Shown: positions 17,266 through 31,127, numbered from the stretch's first letter. The stretch is 64,000 nucleotides of DNA from the human T2T-CHM13v2.0 reference genome, Homo sapiens (GCF_009914755.1 NC_060946.1); one strand, 5' to 3'. A program made the numbers and translations. Notes: generated by a model not told the origin, from the letters alone.

Positions 17266-17912
17266 TGCAGGAGTGCCACCCCCAGGGCCCTGTCAACCTC
17301 TCTTTTCTCCTCCATGGCTGTCTGCCTGCGTATCTGTCTCTGAGAATCCTCGGGGCGGTCAGGGGATGTCAGGAGGGGAAGGAGCCGCCCTCCCTATCTT
17401 GCTGCTCCTCTTGGCACTCAGGGGCACCTTCCATGGAGCCAGACCGGGTGGAGGGGCTTCTGGGATTTGGTGTCTGCTGCTGCCAGAGCAGGAACCCCCA
17501 GTCTAGGACTTGGGCATTTTAACAGGGAGAAAGTAGTGGCTTCCCTTTTCTCTCTCTCCTCCTTTTTCCCTTTAAGCCCACAGATTCAGGTCATGCCAAA
17601 AGCTCTCTGGTTGTAACCTGGAGACATGTGGAGGGGAATGGCGATGGGATTATAGGACTCTCCCCATCTCGGGCCCTGACCCTGACCCTTGCCACCAACC
17701 CAAAGACAGCTGGTGGGTTTCCCCTTGGAGACAATCCTGCGTTTGCCTGGGCCGGCCCTGGCTGCCCTCAGCTTTCGCTGATCTGCCCGGCCTGGAGCCT
17801 CCCATCACCCCGCTTCTTGTTGGGCCTCAGGCACTGGTTACCAGAAGGGGGTCTGGGTCTGCTCAGGATCATGTTTTGTAGCACCTCCTGTTGGAGGGGT
17901 GGAGGGATGTTC

Positions 17913-17978
17913 CCCTGAGCCAGGCTGAGACTAGAACCCCATCTTCCCTGAGCCAGGCTGAGACTAGAACCCCATCTT
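17913..17978 (+). repeat. Perfect 33-bp tandem duplication
   Basis: CCCTGAGCCAGGCTGAGACTAGAACCCCATCTT x2. Confidence 0.95.
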
Positions 17979-18431
17979 CCCCACCACGCCACCCCTGTGG
18001 CTGCTACAGGAGCACAGTAGTGAAGGCCTGAGCTCCAGGTTTGAAAGACCCAACTGGAGCGTGGGGCGGGCAGGCAGGGGTTAGTGAAAGGACACTTCCA
18101 GGGTTAGGACAGAGCATTTAGCCTTCTGGAAGAACCCCTGCCTGGGGTGGGACTGTGCAGGCCAGAGAAGGTGGCATGGGCCTGAACCCACCTGGACTGA
18201 CTTCTGCACTGAAGCCACAGATGGAGGGTAGGCTGGTGGGTGGGGGTGGTTCGTTCTCTAGCCGGGGCAGACACCCAGCTGGCTGGGTCCTTCCTCAGCC
18301 TTGCCTCCTCCTGTCCCCAACCCTTTCCTTTCCTCCTGCTTGCGGACTGCTGGTCCCCTCTCCTTCCCTCCTTCCAGCTGTTTCTAGTTACCACCTACCC
18401 CTGGCCGTGGACTGATCAGACCAGCATTCAA

Positions 18432-18437
18432 AATAAA
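18432..18437 (+). terminator. Candidate proximal polyadenylation signal of GTPBP1
   Basis: AATAAA followed by GT-containing sequence about 1.5 kb after the stop. Confidence 0.6.
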
Positions 18438-18902
18438 AGTTTGTTCCAAGTTGACAGTGTGGTGCTCCCTGCCCAGCCCCTCCAGGTGGAGGTGCTGCCA
18501 CGGGAACGCAGTTGCTCTGCCTGCCCTGGGGCCCCTGGCGACAGCTGGGAGCAGGGCAGTGCTGTGAGGAGCCCAGCTTTCCCAGTCAGGCAGGCATGGC
18601 TTCCGTGTTCAGGCTCCCTCACCAGCTGGTGACACGGGACAAGCTTACAAACCTTCTCTGAACCTCAGTTTTCTCATTTACAAGAGGCAAAGCCATCCAT
18701 CACCTTGTGTGGATTCAGAGAATGTGAGGCCCTGGGGTGTCCTACACAAGGGAAAGGCTTGCTCAGTGAGCGGTCTGCACACCGTTAGCCACCCTGCCAC
18801 CTCTGTGCCCTGGGCAGGCTCCAAAGGAAAGCTCTGGCTGGGACTGCCAGGAGTCTCACACGCTCCTGTTGACATTCCCAGCAGCCGCCCCTGAGGTCGA
18901 TG

Positions 18903-19207
18903 TTTGTTCTGTTTTTCTTTTTCTTTTTTGAGACGGAGTCTCGCTGTGTTGCCAGGCTGGAGTGCAGTGGTGTGATCTCTGCTCACTGCAACCTCCGCCT
19001 GCCAGTTTCAAGTGATTCTCTGCCTCAGCCTTCTGAGTAGCTGGGACTACAGGTGCACGCCACCACGCCCAGCTAACTTTTTGTATTTTAGTAGAGACAG
19101 GGTTTCGCCATGTCGGCCAGGGTGGTCTTGATCTCCTGACCTCATGATCCACCCGCCTCAGCCTCCCAAAGTGCTGGGATTACAGGTATGAGCCACCGCA
19201 CCGGGCC
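18903..19207 (-). mobile_element. Alu (AluS-like), antisense within the long GTPBP1 3' UTR
   Basis: Reverse-complement Alu consensus. Confidence 0.93.
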
Positions 19208-19772
19208 TGTTCTATTTTTCTAGTTAAGGGAACTGAAGCTCAGAGAGGTGTCACCAGCAGGTGTTCATTCCCATGCCAGCCTTGCCCCCCGGCTTTTCCC
19301 AGGCAGGCTCCTGCGTGCCCACTGGCTCCAGCCTGGTCCTCTGTCTCTTGGCTGCTTCACTCCTGCTCTTTGTCCCGACTCTGGCCCTGCTTACAGGGGC
19401 CACTACCTGCTGGTGCCTCCATAACAAGCGTCTGGCGTTGAGACCCCTGGCATGGCAGGGGCTTTGGGGTCTGGTTTCCACAAGGCTTAGCCATGGCAGA
19501 ACCTCGTTTTATTTTAACTCTTTGCCCCTACAAACAAACAGCAGTACTTGCCAGAACCATTCTTGGGATTCAGGAGCTCGGGCGACTGCCTTGGCCTCTG
19601 GCCGCACCCAGGAGGGTGGGGTTGGATCTGTGTAGTTGCCAGGCCCACACCTGCCAGCAGGGGGCTGACTGGATCCATGCTTTACTGTGTTTAATGGGGG
19701 TAACAGGGGTCCCTACAGCCCTCCCAGCTAAACATTTGGAACAAAACACCAGCCCTTTTGTAGTGGATGCAG

Positions 19773-19778
19773 AATAAA
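19773..19778 (+). terminator. Candidate distal polyadenylation signal of GTPBP1
   Basis: AATAAA with upstream TGTA and downstream TG-rich tract (tctgtgtgtg, ggtgtttgtgg). Confidence 0.7.
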
Positions 19779-20959
19779 ATTGTTAATCCAATCACCTCCA
19801 ATGGCAAGGCCTGACCCTTCTGTGTGTGCAGCAGGTGTTTGTGGCGTCTTTCCCAGGAGTAAGGCCTGTGATGGTGGGATGGGGATGGCCAGACCCCTGA
19901 CTCCACAGTCAGGACTATTCTGGCTTATCAGCCACCCTGGCACAGAGAAGGTCACAGGGATGAATATGCCACGCACAGGGGCAGCACAGGTTTAGTTGGG
20001 TTGGGGGAAGTACCATGGAGCCGGCAGTGTGAGGGCTGTGCTGTGAGGGCCCAGTAGGATTTGAATGTACAGATGGGCAGAGGGCATGTGCCCAGCCCAG
20101 GCTCTGGACTCTTGCCACAGTGTGTGGCAACTTCCAGGGGCTTGTTTATTGGTGCTGCGTGGGGATGTCTCCTTTGTTTAGATGGCGTCAGAGGCAGAGC
20201 AGGTGTCGGTGAAGGGGAGTGAGCACAGGACCAGCTGTCTCCCAAGAGGCTGAGGAGCTGGCCCAAGGCTTTGGGGGCTGGATTTGTGCCTCACCCAGCT
20301 CCTGCCTTGTGGCTGTCTCCACAGTCCTCCCTACTGACTGGCTTTCTGCCTTTGTTTTCTCAGCCATGATGAGGAGCAGCCCTGGGCCAGGTGCCACGGT
20401 CAGTATGAGAGGCTCCAGGATCAGGCTAGAGAACCACGCGAACCAGGTCTGGGGAGCTATCTGTGGGAAAGGTCAGGGCCTGTTTTTCTCCTAAGCTGCT
20501 GGCTGTTCAAGGGACCTACCTCCTTGTCCCTTCCCAGTCACAGGTCCAAGGGGCAAATAGCGAATTCCCATGGAGGAGAATCACTGCACTCCAAGTGGAC
20601 GTGGCTGGTAGGTAAGTGTAACTTTTTCTGCTGCTGTTCAGTGGTACTGAGAGACAGGAAAGCCCCACTGCTCCCGCCCCACCCTTTGTGATGGGTTATC
20701 AATGACAGCTAATAAAGCCACCTCACTGCTTCCTCATGCCAGCCCTTGACCCACAAACACTGGAGGAGACCTGCCTCAGGTCCCATCCCCCACCACAACT
20801 GGGCTTTAGCTGAAAGTTGTGGGTTTCTGAACTTCAGGAATAAGTCTTTGGGGACATTCGTTTGGCCAAGAATTCATTCCCTCATCTGCCCAAGAGCAGC
20901 TGCCCTAGGTGATAGGCAAAAGCCACATGAAAGCCACATCCCACAGCTCTTGGGCGTCA

Positions 20960-20965
20960 TTTATT
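20960..20965 (-). terminator. SUN2 polyadenylation signal
   Basis: TTTATT on + (AATAAA on -) about 1.5 kb after the SUN2 stop; TG-rich sequence downstream on -. Confidence 0.75.
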
Positions 20966-22480
20966 TTTTGCATAGGCATAAATTAGGATCTGGAGATAAA
21001 AAACTTAAGAACCAATAGTGCAGCATTTGTGACAGGAGAGCGCAAAACAAAGCCTGGCTGCCTCGGGATGGAGCGGGGCGGCCTCACCACCACTGCATCC
21101 AGCCTCATGCTCCAGAGCGGATTTGAGGCTCAGTGCTGCAGTGAAGGCCTGCCCGCCTTCTTGCCCCTTCCCTGCAGCCGGACCACCAGACACAGCCGGA
21201 ACCAGTGCCCCAGGCCCCTCTCCACGGCCAGGAACAAGAAACTGAGTATCACCCAGTGCCCCACAGAACGGGGCTAGGAATCAAGCCCTTAGCTTTTCAG
21301 TTAGAAAAACAGACCTTGAAAAATATATACATAATACAGTGGGGCCTGCTGGCTCTAAAAGTCCCCTCCTCCCCCTTCCCTATCCAGGGTAACTTCTGCC
21401 AGCCTCTTCCCCCAGCCCCCACCAACTGCCCCACAGAGAACAAACCAGAAGGGCGACTACCTGAACAAGAGCTGCAAGAGCCCAAGGGGGCAGCCTGAGC
21501 GGACGACCCCTACATCAGGGCCTGGTTAGATGTGGGGGCCGGTGCAGACAGACCTCGCACCCCGATACCCTGAACGTCCCCACAAGAGCCCAGGAGTTCC
21601 ATGCTCCCCACTCTTCTTGCTATAACCCCAGATGCTAATGGCCCCAAAGACAGGTCTAGGTCTCCATACCCTGGGAGAATGTGGAAAGCAAGCTCAGGGG
21701 CACTGGCAGGCCCTAGCAGGAACAGGGAGCAGGGTGGGCCCCAACCTAGCATCAGGAGAGAGAAAAGCAACTACCGTCCCCAGCAGAGGGGAAGCCTACA
21801 GGGTTGGCCCTGGGCCCCTTAGAAGATCACAGCAGCCAGTCCCCTTTAGGGCACAAGAAGCCCCATGGCCCACTGCTACCCTCCCCGGGACAAATACACA
21901 CTTTTGTCGAAGGCCCTCAGGGACCCTGTGGTTCAGGCTTCCCTAGGTGGAGGGCACTAACCTTGTAGGAGAGCTGGGCAGCTCTCCATCAAGTGCTTCC
22001 TGCCTGGGGAAGTCCCATCCTGCTCTGGAGCTAAGCACCCTCCTCCCAGAGGGCCTCGCTTCCTTGCCCAGGGGCAGAGGCAGCTCACCTAGCCCAGGCC
22101 GTAGCTTGCCCCTCCCACAGCCCTGGCACCTGCTTCATCAGCTCCCAGGCACCAGCCCCTGACCCCAGCCAAGACCAGTCAGGTCCTACCTCTCCCAACT
22201 TCCCAGTCCCCCATGATATGCTACATATATACACACTCCCAGGATGGGAAGCAGACGCCACGGGCACAGAGGGAAGGAAGAAGGGAGCTGCTGGAGCCTG
22301 CTAACCGCCTCGAGCCACCTGCTGCTCAGGAGACCCTGCCCGTCCTTTTCATCTGCATGGGGCCACAGGCTCCTCTCTTGTGCTCCTAGAAGTCAGAGCG
22401 CCGAGCAAGCGTGTGGGGGAAGCGGCGGGGTGCTGTTCACCCACTCCCAGATGGCTGGCAGCAGGCACCAGTAAGCAGGG

Positions 22481-22594
22481 CTAGTGGGCGGGCTCCCCAT
22501 GCACTCTGAAGCGGTAGATGCAGGTGTACTCGGGGTGGCCCCAGTTAGTCAGGATCCGCAGCTCCACCACCTGGTACGTGGCCATCGTAGGGGC
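22481..22594 (-). CDS. SUN2: SUN2 last coding exon, APTMATYQVVELRILTNWGHPEYTCIYRFRVHGEPAH*
   Basis: ccag|GCCCCT acceptor; TAG stop; SUN-domain signature NWGHPEYTCIYRFRVHG. Confidence 0.97.
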   Translation of the reverse strand, partial: APTMATYQVVELRILTNWGHPEYTCIYRFRVHGEPAH

Positions 22595-22892
22595 CTGGGT
22601 AGAGAAGAAAGGGATTAAGAGCATCAGAGACCTGTGAGGCCTCACTGACAGAGAAGGTGGGAAGGGGAGACAGCCTCGCCTAGGGCCAGATGGCTCCCCT
22701 GCTCCTTCCCTGGGGCTCTGAAGAGAACCAGGCTTCAAAAGCTCCTATCTTTAGCCTCCTGAGCAGTGTTTCCAGCCAGTGGGTTAAGGGGCCACCTGTA
22801 GCACACTTCTTCTGAAACCGGAATGAATTCATCCACAATCGTTTTTTTATTGTGATCAACAGATAGAACCACCTTCATAGAGGGCTTCATAG

Positions 22893-23360
<468 letters not shown>

Positions 23361-23869
23361 TCTATACTTTCCTAAAGAGAAATCCCAACCTCTCTTGCAG
23401 CCTAGTTACCTCCTCAGAGCTGATGACAACTCAGTTCTTTCTGGCTCCCCCGACAGCTCCACTGGACTGTTCCATAGGTGCCTCAGACTCAGCCAGACCT
23501 GCCCCCTGCTCCACATCAGCCCCCATCGCAGTGGCTTCTTCCTCCCACCCCATCCAACTGGACATTCACGACCCTCCCTGCTACGTCTTTGTCCTCACTC
23601 CCAACGCCCCTCTCCCCCGCCTATCCTGTTCTGGCTGCTTTCCCTCAACCACTTCCTGACGGGTCTCCCAGGCCCAGGCTCGCCCCTTCGAGTCATATAG
23701 TGATGTTAGTCAAATGGACATAGCTTTGTCACCTGAAGCACAGCACTGCCTCCCCCAGGTCCCTGAGGGCTTATTTCCTGCCTCTCTGTGGCCTCCTCTT
23801 CCTGCCACTGTCCCTCGTCCACCTCCCACTATCCCGCCAACCCAATTCCTCACTCCAGGACTCCCCCGG

Positions 23870-24012
23870 TGTGGGGCTTAGGCCAATGGTTTGTTCAAAT
23901 GCAGGCTCCTGGGTCCTGTCAGCCCTAAGGAACCAGACTCTCCTGGGGTGGAGACTGGGAATCTGCATTTCTAACTGACTTAGGAGATCGGATGCCCACT
24001 GAAGTTTAAGCT
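23870..24012. mobile_element. MER5-like hAT DNA transposon fragment
   Basis: aatgcaggctcctgg...ggggtggagactgggaatctgcatttctaac...gaagtttaag motif order. Confidence 0.55.
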
Positions 24013-24386
24013 GCATGCACTGCCTGAGGCTCCAGCTGGCCATGGTAGAATGCCCGCGCCCTGGCATGTGCTGGCGGCGGCTCCTCGAACGCCTCTCCCG
24101 GCCTTCCTTTCCTGGCCACCCAACCCCTCTTGTGTAAAGCCCACCTCCTGGTGTCCTTTTCCAGGAAGCTTCCCTCATGCTGCCCTTCTGGAAGGTGCCT
24201 TCCCCTGTGCTGACGTCTGCAGGATGCGTGTTACACCCCATTTGGATATCACATCTTGAGCTGTGGGAAAGGAGAGCAGGGCTTCCCTCTCTGAACCCCA
24301 TGCCTGGCAGGGTAAGTGCCCAGGGAGCACCTGCTGCCTGGATGGGGAGTCTGCGCCACTTCTGCTAGCACAGCAGCATCCCGTAC

Positions 24387-24479
24387 CTGAAAGTGAAACG
24401 TCTGAATAGGCTCGCCGTCCTGATCGTAAGTGAACTTGCCAAGGAGTGTCCCCTCCTGCTGCAGGTCTTCGTCAAACCC
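24387..24479 (-). CDS. SUN2: SUN2 coding exon, GFDEDLQQEGTLLGKFTYDQDGEPIQTFHFQ
   Basis: AG/GT boundaries; 93 nt in frame. Confidence 0.96.
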
Positions 24480-24800
24480 CTGCAAAGAGAGCGGAGGGAA
24501 GTGGGGAGGGGCTGGAGCAGGGAGAACACCCCTCCCCACTCCAATCCCTGCTCCTCCCACCCAGCAGGTCAGGCACCAGAGTGGCCTATGACAAGTCACT
24601 TCACTCTCTTGTGCCACAGTTTCTGCCTCCAAAGCCTAAGGTAACAGGGACTGAAGTGCTGTCTCCCACCCTAGCTCCTCCTCTTCCAAATCCACTCCCC
24701 TCCCTTCCAGTCCAAGGGTGACCCTGACTTGATCCTCAGTAGAGAGGCCCACAGGATCCCCCTGCAGCCCCTCTGGCCCCACCACAGGACAGATACTCAC

Positions 24801-24968
24801 AAAGATGGCGAAGTCCTTGGGGGCACTGGAGATAGTGCTGTTGGGTGACAAGGCCTTGGGCACATGCTCTAAGGTAACGGCTGTGGGGCGGATGCGGGCA
24901 GAGAGGCGGACCACGGCGAAGCCCTGTGGCCCCTGGAAGGCCCAGCAGTTGCCTGGGTGCACATCTGG
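24801..24968 (-). CDS. SUN2: SUN2 coding exon, PDVHPGNCWAFQGPQG...SSAPKDFAIF
   Basis: AG/GT boundaries; 168 nt; SUN motif PGNCWAF. Confidence 0.96.
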
Positions 24969-25086
24969 CTGGAGGAGCAGAAAGTCATGTCAGGACAGGG
25001 CCCTGAGTCCAGCTCTTGCTGACCCCAGATGGGACCAGCCCTCAGTGTGCTCAGAGCCCCCGCTGCTGTGCTTGCCAGGTGCCCAC

Positions 25087-25202
25087 CTGGAGGATGACTC
25101 GGGGTGACTGGGAGTGGTACCACAGGGGGATGCCGAAGAGGCTGAGGAGGGCCGTCTTGGTCTCGTAGGTCTCAGAACATCGGGTGCTGATGACGCTGGC
25201 CC
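25087..25202 (-). CDS. SUN2: SUN2 coding exon, GASVISTRCSETYETK...SPRVILQ
   Basis: AG/GT boundaries; 116 nt. Confidence 0.96.
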
Positions 25203-25555
25203 CTGAGACAGGAGAGGAAGGCAGGGTGGGCTCCCGCACGGGAGGAGGGCCCCGCTCAGGCCATTGGCTGTCTCCTCGCTGAAGGTGGACGGCAGATGCC
25301 CCAGGCCTAGCCTTTAACCCTAACCGAGATGCTCAGAGCAGCTTTAAAGGTCAGCCTCTCCCTGGCCCAGGATGGTACTCGGTACGTCCTGACTTCCCTG
25401 AATTGCCACTTGCCTTTGTCATGGGTACTAGGTTGGGTGATTTCTGCTGATCCTGAGCTTTGCTTGCTCTGCCCCACCACCAACCTGGTAGATGCCAGGG
25501 GACCGGCCATTGCGGGGTCCAGGACAAGGCAGAGCGAGGAAAGCAGAGCACGTAC

Positions 25556-25640
25556 CTCCTGACTCCAGGGCGTAGTCTGCCAGCCCGATGCGGTCCTCAC
25601 TGTAGCGCTGCAGGGCCTGCTTCACGATGTGGTGCACCTG
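25556..25640 (-). CDS. SUN2: SUN2 coding exon, QVHHIVKQALQRYSEDRIGLADYALESG
   Basis: AG/GT boundaries; 85 nt; CAGCAG tandem acceptor. Confidence 0.94.
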
Positions 25641-25935
25641 CTGCAATGCAGGCACCAGGAGACGGTTGCAGCAGGGAGCAGACGTGTCCCCCTGTCACCT
25701 CGTGGCCGTGGGCCAAGGACCCATGGGCTGACCCCTTCTAGGCTTGCACTGTGCTGGTGCCCAGGCAGATGTGGGCACACTGCCACCCACCCATGCCAGC
25801 CCCACAGCATGCAAAGCCTCCTGCTTGGCACTTCCATCCTGGAACCTGCCAGGGAGCTGGCAGTGTGGGACTGTCCAGGGCTCCCAGGGAGGAGAGCTGT
25901 GGGTGGGTGTGTGGAGAGGGGCATGTGGGCCTCAC

Positions 25936-26157
25936 CTCCTCTGTCACTCCAATCACACCTTCTTTCTGCAGCGTCAGGCTCAGGGAGGCCGCGGCTTCCC
26001 TGGCCGACTTGCCCTGCATCTCTGCCACATGGGTGAGGATCTTGCTCTCCAGCTCTCGCAGCTGAGCTTGCATCTCCTCTCTCTGAAGGAGCCCCACGCG
26101 GCCCCCTCCACCTCGGGCAAGGAACTGACTGATCCAGGCCGGGAACTGAGATTCCAC
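25936..26157 (-). CDS. SUN2: SUN2 coding exon, VESQFPAWISQFL...GVIGVTEE
   Basis: AG/GT boundaries; 222 nt. Confidence 0.95.
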
Positions 26158-26480
26158 CTATAGGAACCCAAAGGGGTGTCACCCTGGGGGGCTTGCAGGG
26201 ACAGCAGGAGCTGCTATGACAGGGCTAGTGCTTAGCTGGATAGCAGGGATAGGGTAGGAGGGAGGCCACTGGAGGAAAGAGTTATGAACACTCCATGGGC
26301 ACTAACAAAAACAGGAAGAACGCCTGTCAGTGAGAGCCCACATGTGTCAAGGCCAACGCCACAGTCTCTTGGGCATAACAGAGGCTGCAGGGGCAAGGGG
26401 TGCTGCTTTGCAGGCCCCAGGACACGTCGTCTCAAAGGAGGAGGAGAGGGACCAGCAGGGCCCTGGTGGTTCCCACTCAC

Positions 26481-26646
26481 GTCGTCCCGCACGGCCTGGA
26501 TCTGCTGGGGCAGCAGGCCCACTTCTTCCGCCACCGAGCTCTGCTTCAGTGCCAGAGCCGCCAGCTCCTGCTGCAGGCCGGCCAGCTGGTCCTCCAGCCG
26601 CCTCAGCTCCTTCACAGAGCTCTCCTGGAAGGACTCCTGGGTCATG
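26481..26646 (-). CDS. SUN2: SUN2 coding exon, MTQESFQESSVKELRRLEDQL...QAVRDD (coiled coil)
   Basis: AG/GT boundaries; 166 nt. Confidence 0.95.
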
Positions 26647-27220
26647 CTGGTCCCAGAGAGAGAAGAGTAAGCCTCGGATCTCTTTGGTGGGAGGTAAGGC
26701 CACACCAAAGATGAAAGAGGACCCCCTAGTGGGCTCCCGTCAGGAGAGCGGGTGCCCAGCACTCATTGTGAACCTGAGAAGGGGCAAGGCCTCTCCTGGG
26801 GGTTCTGGCTGCAGAACCCCTGCCTGTCCCAAGGAGCTAATTCTGAGCCTGCTCCCTTTCTAAGCCCAGAGTCCAGAATGTACTCTGCCTCAGCCTCTCA
26901 CATCCTCCACAAGCATGGACATCTGGGGCATGAGAAGGCAGTTATGTGAGGCTGTAAGAAAGGATGCTGTGTCTATAAATGAATCCCGGTCCTCTCACAC
27001 AGCCTGCCCCCCGCCCTCAGGACCCCCCTGCTAACCTCCATGGCACCTCAAAGACAGGCCCTGGGCAGGGGTCCTGAGCTGGGTTTCAACCCCTCCCCCT
27101 ACCATCTGCTTGGCAAGATGATCAGAACTCTCTGCTCTGCGGCTCTGCTCCCCAGTCCTGCCTGGAGAGTGGGTGGGGCTGGGGAGGAGCAGGCCGAGGC
27201 CAGCTGGTGGCGCCCAGTAC

Positions 27221-27264
27221 CTTTGCCACTCTGACTTCAGCTGCTGGATGCGAGCCTCGGACTC
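27221..27264 (-). CDS. SUN2: SUN2 small coding exon, ESEARIQQLKSEWQ(S)
   Basis: AG/GT boundaries; 44 nt; required for frame continuity. Confidence 0.93.
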
Positions 27265-27707
27265 CTGTGTAGGAAGAAGGGACAAATACAAGAAATACTC
27301 ATCTCAGAAATTGGTGTTCCAGAGTAGGATCTGCTGTCTGTTAGCGTCTTTGCTTAACCACACCCCTGCCCAAGGTCTCTTGACCCCTGCAGCAAAAATC
27401 AAACTGGCCTCCTTGTCAAAGCCCTCATGAGTCTCGTCCATGTCTGACACACTGAGGTATCTGTTCACCCACACTCAGCACATGCACACCAGCATGACAG
27501 GCCGCTGTGCCCTGGCACACCCCAGGGAGCCCCTGCACAGCTCTCCAACTAAGGGGTCGGGGGTCAAACAGAGAAGTCAGAGGAGGGCACTCCCCTCCCC
27601 ATGCAACACCCAAACAGTCCCTTTGGAAGGGCCGAGGGGTCCGAGGTGAACATGTTGGATGGGGTCAGGACCCAGTCACAGGCCCTGAGTGCCGCAAGCC
27701 CGCTGAC

Positions 27708-27785
27708 CTGGGAGGCCCGGACGATCTTCTTGAAGAGGTCTTCTGAGTCTTGCTGATGCTCTGCTCTCAGGGCAGACAGTTCTTC
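27708..27785 (-). CDS. SUN2: SUN2 coding exon, EELSALRAEHQQDSEDLFKKIVRASQ
   Basis: AG/GT boundaries; 78 nt. Confidence 0.93.
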
Positions 27786-28059
27786 CTGTGAGACGGGAGT
27801 GAGAGGACAGGTTGGACAGAGCCATGCTTATAGGGACCCTCATGACTAGGAAGTGGCGGAACTGGAATTCAAACAAGGTCTGTTTGCTTCCAGAGCCCTG
27901 GCTCTCAGCCTTCTCTGAACCACGCAAGACTCCCGCTTCAGCTCCACTGCACACCTCTGCGGTGTCAGGTACCATGCTGGGGCTTTCTACTCGCACAGCT
28001 CACTATGGGGGTGGGGGAGACACGATGGCCTCCATCAAAGAGGAGGAAACTGAGGCTTA

Positions 28060-28386
<327 letters not shown>

Positions 28387-28513
28387 AGGGAGTAACTGCA
28401 AAATGGCAGAGCTGTCTGATCCCAAATGACACTTGTTCTCTCTGCTGCTGGGCACCTTCACGCTTTCCTATGGGTGTCACCCACCTCCCACCCTGAGGTA
28501 TTCCACCTCCTAC

Positions 28514-28768
28514 CTGGATGCGAGCAGCAGTTTCCCTGCGGAAATCCTCCTTCAGGGCAGCTTCACGGCGGCTCACTAGCCCCTCCAGCAGCGCCAGGGT
28601 GTCCTCGTGGCTCAGGCCACCACCACCTCCCTGGCCAGGAGCCCCTTGCCGCAGCTCCAGACGTTCCAGCCGCATGGCCTCCTTCTGCCAGTTGGAGGAA
28701 AATTCAGCAGCAAGAGCTTCCAGACGCCGCTCCAGAGAGTGTACCCGGGACATAACACGCTGCTCAGC
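28514..28768 (-). CDS. SUN2: SUN2 coding exon, AEQRVMSRVHSLERRLE...RETAARIQ
   Basis: AG/GT boundaries; 255 nt. Confidence 0.95.
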
Positions 28769-29387
28769 CTGGAAGGGCAGAGAGAGAGCCACGGAGTGAG
28801 GGACCCTTGGATGATAGTGCTTCCCAAAGACCACCCCGACACAGCCAACACAGAAAGAAAGGGAAAAGATTCCAGAGACGTTCCAGCATAAGGCCATGCA
28901 GGGCCGGCTGGAGCTCGTGGGCAGGGGCTGCCGACCTCTGAGCTGGGTGTGCTGGGAGCCAGGGATCACTGGGTGCCGGCCACAGAGGAAGGTCCCTGAG
29001 GACACAGTACCGAAGTCTGATCCCAGAGGAGGAAGGAAGGTGGGCCGGGGAGAAGGTCTGAGTGCAGGGATGGTCCAGGAGGAGGACTGGAAGCTGCAGG
29101 ATGGCTGCAGGGGGCCGTGGACCCTCCTGGCCTGAAGCTCACTCCTTCCCCGCCTCCTACAGGGGCAGGGGAGCCAGGGCTGCGAGTTCTGTCTGTGGAC
29201 TCTCAATGGCTTTCACTCCTTCCCTAGGTAACTATGGCTAAGAGACAGAATAATTTGAAAATACGTTCTTTTTCCTCTTTAGCTGGATGTCCCACAGAGA
29301 AAATGGAATAAATGTCATTTGGACTGAGGGTGGCATTTGATAGTGTGTCATGAATTTGAGAATGTTGTTGGCTTAACAACAAAATCA

Positions 29388-29822
<435 letters not shown>

Positions 29823-30082
29823 GCCCACAAAAACCAGCAAAAAATCCTCTGCCCCATCACCCCAGTTGCCTCACCAACAGCCTCTCCCAGACCAGGAAGC
29901 TGTTTTTATTTTAACTTCATGCAAATGTTGCTAATACAAGATATATTCATTTTTTTAACTTACCCTTTTTTACAAAAAAGATGGTTCTGAAATTGAACTG
30001 TATTTAATGTCTTTAATGGTGAAAAAAGGAAAAGTCATAGATGACATGTCATTATTTTGTAAAATAATAAGATCATGGTCTG

Positions 30083-30118
30083 GTACTCACTTTGGCAGCA
30101 CATATAATAAAATTGGAA
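30083..30118 (+). pseudogene. 3'-truncated U6 snRNA retrocopy (U6 nt 1-36), no poly(A) tail
   Basis: GTACTCACTTTGGCAGCACATATAATAAAATTGGAA matches the U6 5' end at 32/36; flanked by AAGATCATGGTCTG at 30069-30082 and 30118-30131. Confidence 0.88.
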
Positions 30119-30173
30119 AGATCATGGTCTGGAAAGTAATATATACAAAAATAGATGGTTAAACATGTGATGC

Positions 30174-31018
<845 letters not shown>

Positions 31019-31127
31019 TTAGAGGTTTAAATTGTCAGTATCAGTACCTGTGCTCACATTGCTTTCTGGTTATGCTGACTGCAGGCTCCTTGAGGGCACA
31101 GCCTGGGCCTGATTCATCTTTAGACTC

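Noticed and set aside
20112-20130. Hairpin TTGCCACA-GTG-TGTGGCAA between the two genes
   Set aside because: An 8-bp stem is within chance expectation; no supporting motif.
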